A stretch of 64,000 nt of DNA from Felis catus. Lineage: Eukaryota. Location: assembly GCF_018350175.1 (NCBI RefSeq), contig NC_058380.1, positions 74,400,001 through 74,464,000 of the forward strand, given 5' to 3'. A program made the translations under genes and the position numbers. Of this stretch, positions 58,101 to 64,000 are shown piece by piece (the stretch's first letter is position 1; each line of letters starts with the position of its first letter). The notes under the pieces are model-generated. The model made no database searches. It saw nothing but the letters and a program-made list of their open reading frames with translations, and was not told the origin of the DNA.

Positions 58101-59560
58101 CAGCTCAGTGAGGCACAAGGTTCCTGGGGAGCCTGGGCATTTTGTCTGCACAAATGGAGACCTTTGCTCAGCGGGACTTAAGGATTCTCTTCGTCTGTAG
58201 GGGCTCACCACCTAATTAGAAAAAGACGTATGACTGGAAGTTCTGGTTAAAATGCAGCATCAGCAAAGGAAACTAAGGAAACTGGGGAGTGGATGACCAG
58301 TTAGTTGCTGGAGCCCCAGGGCTGTGCTTACTCGCTGGCTCTGCCTCCACCCTGGTGTCTGGGTCTCTCTCCCAGGTCCCTCTAGGGCTGGTGCGGGGCT
58401 GAGCAGAATGGTGAGCCCAGGACATGCTGGAAGGTGATGGGTCCATGTCAGCCCTTGGCCAGTGTCGCTAAAACCCCTTCCACCCTCTGCAGCCTCCAGG
58501 TTGGACCAGGGGCTGCAGGGTGAGGGCAGAGGGCCCTGGTGGGGCCCATCCTGGCCTCTGGTCTATACCTCTCTCTGCTTGGCAGCCCTTTCTCTCACGG
58601 CCACCTCTGCAAAGCCTTTCCCCCACCCCAGGGTTCTGAGGCCCCCCATGTCCTGCCTCCTCCCTTTGCCTGCCTAGTTTGGTCATTATTTATTTCCCTT
58701 TCTGAGATCAACTTTCCCACCATATGGGATTCCCCAGCAGGGAGGGGTGACCAAGGACTTAAGATTTTACTTTTGGTGTTAGAGTCAAGAAAGCACAGGG
58801 CCTGACATTTCAAGGTTCTTAGGGAATGTTGGTGGAGTAAAAATAGTCATAGGCGTATTCCTTCGGTGATGCCTATATGCCCCGTGCTGCTCTGAGTGAT
58901 TTACATGCACAAACAGTTTTAGTCTCAGTTACCATTATTATCACCCTTTACATGTGAAGAAAGTGAGGCAGAGAGAAGTTAAGTGACTTGCTCCAGGTCA
59001 CACAGGAGGGAAATGGTACAACTATACAGGTACCTTTTAACCATTACACATTATCAGGCAAATGAATGACTTCTGATTGAGACTTTGTGGGAAGCTAACT
59101 GGGCCAACTGGGATGCTGGGATTGCTTCTCAAAGACAATGCCAAGTTGTGGGATTTTGCAACTAATGGAAACTTTCCATAGGGGAAGAGTGTCTGGGCAG
59201 CTCCAGCTTGTGGGTGGTCCCTCCTGCCTGGAGGAGGGAGGGCAGGCTCCTGGGTCCCACAGGCCTTTCTGAGACTCCCGAACAGCTTCTCTGGGCTGCA
59301 GGCTGCTAGCTATGACGGCCCCGGGTTTCTGGTCTGGGAAATGGGTCTAAGGTTTATGTTCGCCTCATGGGCCCAGGAGATGATCAGAGGAGATGGGGAA
59401 GGGCTTCAGAAATTGCCAGGTGCAGGGCAGGCTTCCTTGGGCTGTTGTTGTTGGTTTTGTGCTTCTGGGGCATGTAAGATAAGAGGAAGGAAGTAAGGGG
59501 TGGTGCCATAGTCTGGTTAATGCAGAGCAGTATTTGGGAATGCCTGCTGTGGGCAGGCAT

Positions 59561-59590
59561 TGGTGGTGGTGGTGGTGGTGGTGGTGGTGG
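59561..59590. repeat. (GGT)n microsatellite, about 9 units
   Basis: Read directly. Confidence 0.95.
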
Positions 59591-60164
59591 GGGAATCAGC
59601 ATCTCAGAAGCCAGCAGGAATTTGTTGTACACGATGCCTGGGAGACATAGCCTCCCTGGACCCACTCTCTCTGTCTTTTTTTCTTTTCTTTCCTTTAAGG
59701 TGCATTAAAGAACAGGCTGAGAGATGGCCAGACCTGGGTCCTGCGGCTCAGGGCCTAGGAATTATGCGCTTGGACTTCGGTTCCCCTCTTGGCCCTACCT
59801 ACATCTTCCAACCACCCTGTCATGGGCAGGTCTCTTTATATCTTTGACTCTGAGTTTTCTCTCTTTCTGAGGAAAGAGGCCTGCTTGGTGAGCAGGGTCC
59901 TGGATGTCATGGCTGTATCTCTTTCTGTCATCCCTGCAGCAGCCATGCCAGGGAGGATTCTCTGTTCCCATTTTACAGATGAGACAGCAAGGCTCAGGGA
60001 ATTAAGAACCTTGCCACAGAGCATGTGAGTGGCTGAGCAGGGATTCAAATCCAGGCTCTTGGGTATTCAAGTCATTGCCTTTTCATAACATTTTGTTACT
60101 TTGTGGCCTCAGAGCTGGGTACAGGGCAGGTTAGTGACCCCAAGTGATCTTCTAGAGCTTAAAG

Positions 60165-60346
60165 TCCCTGCTGACTTGAGGTGCCTGCAGCCTGCTCAGA
60201 CACATGGCCTCCCACTTAGAAAGCCCCCCGCCCCCAACCTGGGTTAATGCTCTGCTGTGACCATCTTGAAATTCTTTGTCATTTTTGAAAAGGGGACCCC
60301 ACATTTTCATTATGCAGGAGGCCCCACAAATTATGTAGCCGGTCCT
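60165..60346. mobile_element. MER91A-like hAT element
   Basis: ttaatgctctgctgtgaccatcttgaaattc...ccccacaaattatgtagccggtcc. Confidence 0.8.
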
Positions 60347-61280
60347 TTTTAAAAGACCGAGAGAAACGGAGGGTGGTGAGGGTGTGGGAGTCAGCCTCCC
60401 CTCTTTTGGAGATCTGAGCAGTGGCGATCCGCCCTCGGGCCAGCTTGGAATTAAGCAGATGTGTGCCCCCGACAGGGGACACTTGTTTTCACCAGCATCA
60501 GGAACCATGGCAGCAAAAACCGACTCTACTGGACTTTCACCAAGATGGTTAGCAAGGCTGGGGTGTCATCCCAGGGACGTAGGCAAGGTTTTCTTTGGTG
60601 ATGGGTAATTTTCAGGGTCCCCGGCAGACACAGAGAGAATAAGTGCGGGCTCCAGCCAGTGTGTGGCACTGAGGACTCTGCTTTGGCTTCAAGAGAATCC
60701 CCATGAAGGACATTGCTGCTTTGTTGACGACAGTGGCTTCGGGTCATGGCCGTGCCCACTGTGCTGTCACTGACCCAACTCCTGAGACTTTGGAAGTGTT
60801 TCCAAGGTCTTTTAGCGCGAAATGCCAGGAGGATGCATTGCCTTCTTCACCCTCCTGTTTCTCATCTCCTAATAGAGAACAGGAACTATTTAACTGACAG
60901 TATTTCTGTTTTAGCTTTGGCCACCTGGAAGCTCAAAACCAAATTCTTGGCTCAGGCGTGACAACTGTGCCAAACCTCAAAGCAGCAACAGTGAGAGCTA
61001 GTATTTGTGGGATGTGTCCTTTGTTCCAGGGGCCCTTGTCTGCCCTTTATATGTATTACCGCACCGATTCTTCGTGACAGCCTTGTGGGGAAGGTACCAT
61101 TGTTTGAGGATAGGGAGCTAAATCTCTTTGAGGTTAAACCACTTGCCCAAGTTTACTTAACTCGTAGGTAGTAGAACCGTTGTTTAAACTGGTTAGTCTG
61201 AACCTGGAGCCCATGCTCTTCAGCAGAAACTTCCACTGCCTCTGCTGGGGACCTTGATTGCCTGAATATCTGGTAATTTT

Positions 61281-61588
61281 NNNNNNNNNNNNNNNNNNNN
61301 NNNNNNNNNNNNNNNNNNNNNNNNNNNNNNNNNNNNNNNNNNNNNNNNNNNNNNNNNNNNNNNNNNNNNNNNNNNNNNNNNNNNNNNNNNNNNNNNNNNN
61401 NNNNNNNNNNNNNNNNNNNNNNNNNNNNNNNNNNNNNNNNNNNNNNNNNNNNNNNNNNNNNNNNNNNNNNNNNNNNNNNNNNNNNNNNNNNNNNNNNNNN
61501 NNNNNNNNNNNNNNNNNNNNNNNNNNNNNNNNNNNNNNNNNNNNNNNNNNNNNNNNNNNNNNNNNNNNNNNNNNNNNNNNNNNNNNNN
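61281..61588. other. Assembly gap (308 N) in TMEM268 intron 1
   Basis: Run of N flanked by T-rich sequence. Confidence 0.99.
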
Positions 61589-62020
61589 TGATTTTTTTTT
61601 TTTCTCATTTGTATTTTGCAATGTCTTCTGGAAAGCTGTTTGAGATCCTTTGTATAAATAAGGCTCCCCATGATGAACATACTGGTTCTGTGCCTGGTTG
61701 CCTGGGTGCTCTGAATAAGGGAACAGAACTCCCAGATGCCTGGGAGTGGGGCCTGGTCATTTCATGAGTTCCAAGTGAGTGTCTAGATGTGTCTGAGCTA
61801 GAGAAGACCCAAGACCGCAGGGACGTTCTCAGTTCTCCCTTGGAGGGTTTTATTTCCTCCTCTTCACTCCTGAGAATGTTCCTCAGCAAGGCGGAAAGAG
61901 CAAAGTCAGTGGAAAGACTCCTGGTGGCTCTCTCTGGTTTTGGGATGACTTTGGCCTTGGCAAGGCCAAGAAGCCCTGCCTGCCCAGGCCTGAAGTTCTT
62001 TCCTGTGCTGTTTTCTGAAG

Positions 62021-62268
<248 letters not shown>

Positions 62269-62339
62269 TAGCACAATGGAGGGGAGGGGAGCGAAGGACA
62301 CAGGAGAGCCTTTAGCTAGGGGTGGGCATTTTAGGATAC

Positions 62340-63010
62340 ATTTCTAGGCCTGTCTGTCATTTCTCCCCATTCTCTCTATCACCATCTTGTTAGACCAAAT
62401 CGCTGTCACCTTCTGCTTGGATCCCTGCCGTGTCTTCCTAGCTGATCTCTCCTTCTTGCCTCTTCCATTTACATGACATTTAGAGTGACCTTTTAAAAAT
62501 GCAGAACAGACCATGTCACTTTCTGCTTCAGTGTTTCCTATGGGGCTTAGTGTGAAGATCTGTCAATCGCTGGCTTGCAAGGCCTGCCTTAGTGGCTCCT
62601 GCTACCCGTTCTTTGTTCCTGCCATGCTGTCCTGCCTCAGGGCCTTTGCATCTGCTCTTTCTTCAGCTTGTTATGCTCTTTCCCTACCTCCTTTCTTCTG
62701 ATTAATTTCCACTTATGCTTCAGAGCTCAGTTCAAATATCCCTTCTATAGGGAATTCTCTCCTGATGCCCCAGCCTAAGCCAGGACTCCCTGATATATTC
62801 CTGCTTCTCCCCATAGCACTTAGCATAGTTTGTAATTAAATGCTGACCTGTGTGATAAAGTGTTGAATCTCCAGCTTCTCTACTAGAATGTAAGTTCCAC
62901 GAGGGCAGGGGCTCTGTGTTGTCTTGTTCATTCCTGCATTTGCAGTACCTAGCACAGGCTTGGCCTGTCGTAGATGCTCAGTATGTATTTTGTTGAATGA
63001 ACAGGATGAA
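62340..63010 (+). mobile_element. L2 3' portion in TMEM268 intron 2
   Basis: gggcctttgcatctgct...agaatgtaagttccacgagggcagg...tgttgaatgaa. Confidence 0.8.
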
Positions 63011-63254
63011 TGGGTGGCTGGGCATTGGCATTTTGAATTGCGGCTGGTTACTTAGATGATTTGAAACTTGACTACTTAAAAACAAGGGTTTCTTCTACTA
63101 CTGTTATTGGTAAAACAGTTTGCACACACACACACACACCTACACACCAGTAGGATGGAGTGGAATGAAATAATTTTCCTTTAGAACTTTGAAGACATCG
63201 CTCCACTGGTTTTTGGCAAGCCAGTTCTTGCTCCTTGTAGGAAATTCCTCCTTG

Positions 63255-63256
<2 letters not shown>

Positions 63257-63304
<48 letters not shown>

Positions 63305-63314
63305 ACACACACAC
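63257..63314. repeat. (CA)n microsatellite, about 22 pure units plus an interrupted tail
   Basis: Read directly. Confidence 0.97.
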
Positions 63315-63904
63315 CTGTGAATGCCCATTCCTTTGGTCACTTTTCAAGTTCTTTTTCTTATCTAGGTGCAATAAAAGTATTTCTAAGTAGAGACTTACTG
63401 TTCCCACTCTAAGGAACAGATGAGAGAGATTATTGCCAGGAATCCAGGAACTTGGTTTGAAAGACAGCGTCATCTTCCAGAGTCTTTGCCTTGCTGGGAC
63501 CAGCGCTTTCGTTGTGCAAAGAGCCAGTGTAGGGAAGCAGCTGGCATTCTCCATGCCTAGCACCCCGGTCCACATGGGTTTTCTGTGCTGTGCCGTGAAA
63601 TGGGGTGCTGGTCTGTGGCCCCACCCGGCGTGACCGCCCGGGTTTTGGGCACTGCCTTTGCCCCTGTTTCTTACTTTCATTTCCTCTGGTGACTTCGGGC
63701 AGGTCTATTCGCCTTTCAGAAGCTCTGTTCCCTTTTCTCTGACAGTGGTACCCACCTTTTAGGGCTCTTGGAGGATGAAATGAGATTAGGACCGTGAAGC
63801 CCCAGCCCTGTGCCTGGTGCCTGGTAAGGGCTCAATACTTAGAAGCTATTCTTATTGTACCTTATGCAAACTCATTTCTGCCTTTATTTTCTTTTTGTCT
63901 AGTT

Positions 63905-64000
63905 TCTCTCGCTTGCTTATTTTTATTTTTTTAATTTTTATTATTATTATTTTTTAAATCTTTATTTATTTTTGAGAGAGAGAGAGAGCAGGGGAAGAGC
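63905..64000 (-). mobile_element. CanSINE tail and body (cut by the window edge)
   Basis: T-rich tail then tttatttatttttgagagagag...gcagggg. Confidence 0.85.

Noticed and set aside
5180-61767. Long ORFs containing runs of X (e.g. 5180-5731, 19446-19975, 61153-61767)
   Set aside because: They are open only because N gaps contain no stop codons.

Overview
Felid (cat-family) genomic DNA, identified by its dense feliform CanSINEs (SINEC_Fc type). It is a scaffolded assembly with five N gaps. Bases ~1-41.8 kb are intergenic and made mostly of repeats: ~35 CanSINEs, old L1/L2/MIR relics, MaLR and ERV1 solo LTRs, and Tigger/MER33/MER58 DNA transposons, often nested. Two genes follow on the + strand. 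ATP6V1G1 (V-ATPase subunit G1) has a CpG-island promoter, exon 1 CDS at 42269-42350 and exon 3 CDS at 48603-48776; its 101-bp exon 2 is not in the called sequence and probably lies in the N gap at 46183-46322. TMEM268 has a CpG-island non-coding exon 1 ending at 57494 and its first coding exon at 62021-62209, then runs off the window. Almost all other ORFs in the supplied track come from SINEs, N runs or GC-rich sequence. I found no evidence of a new multi-gene system. The most notable signals are regulatory (CLEAR/NRF1 promoter module, TMEM268 uORF) and retrotransposition footprints (36-nt junction duplication, internally deleted L1 with both termini, inverted pair of related LTRs). Repeat family names and human comparisons are from memory, not from a search; repeat boundaries are approximate.
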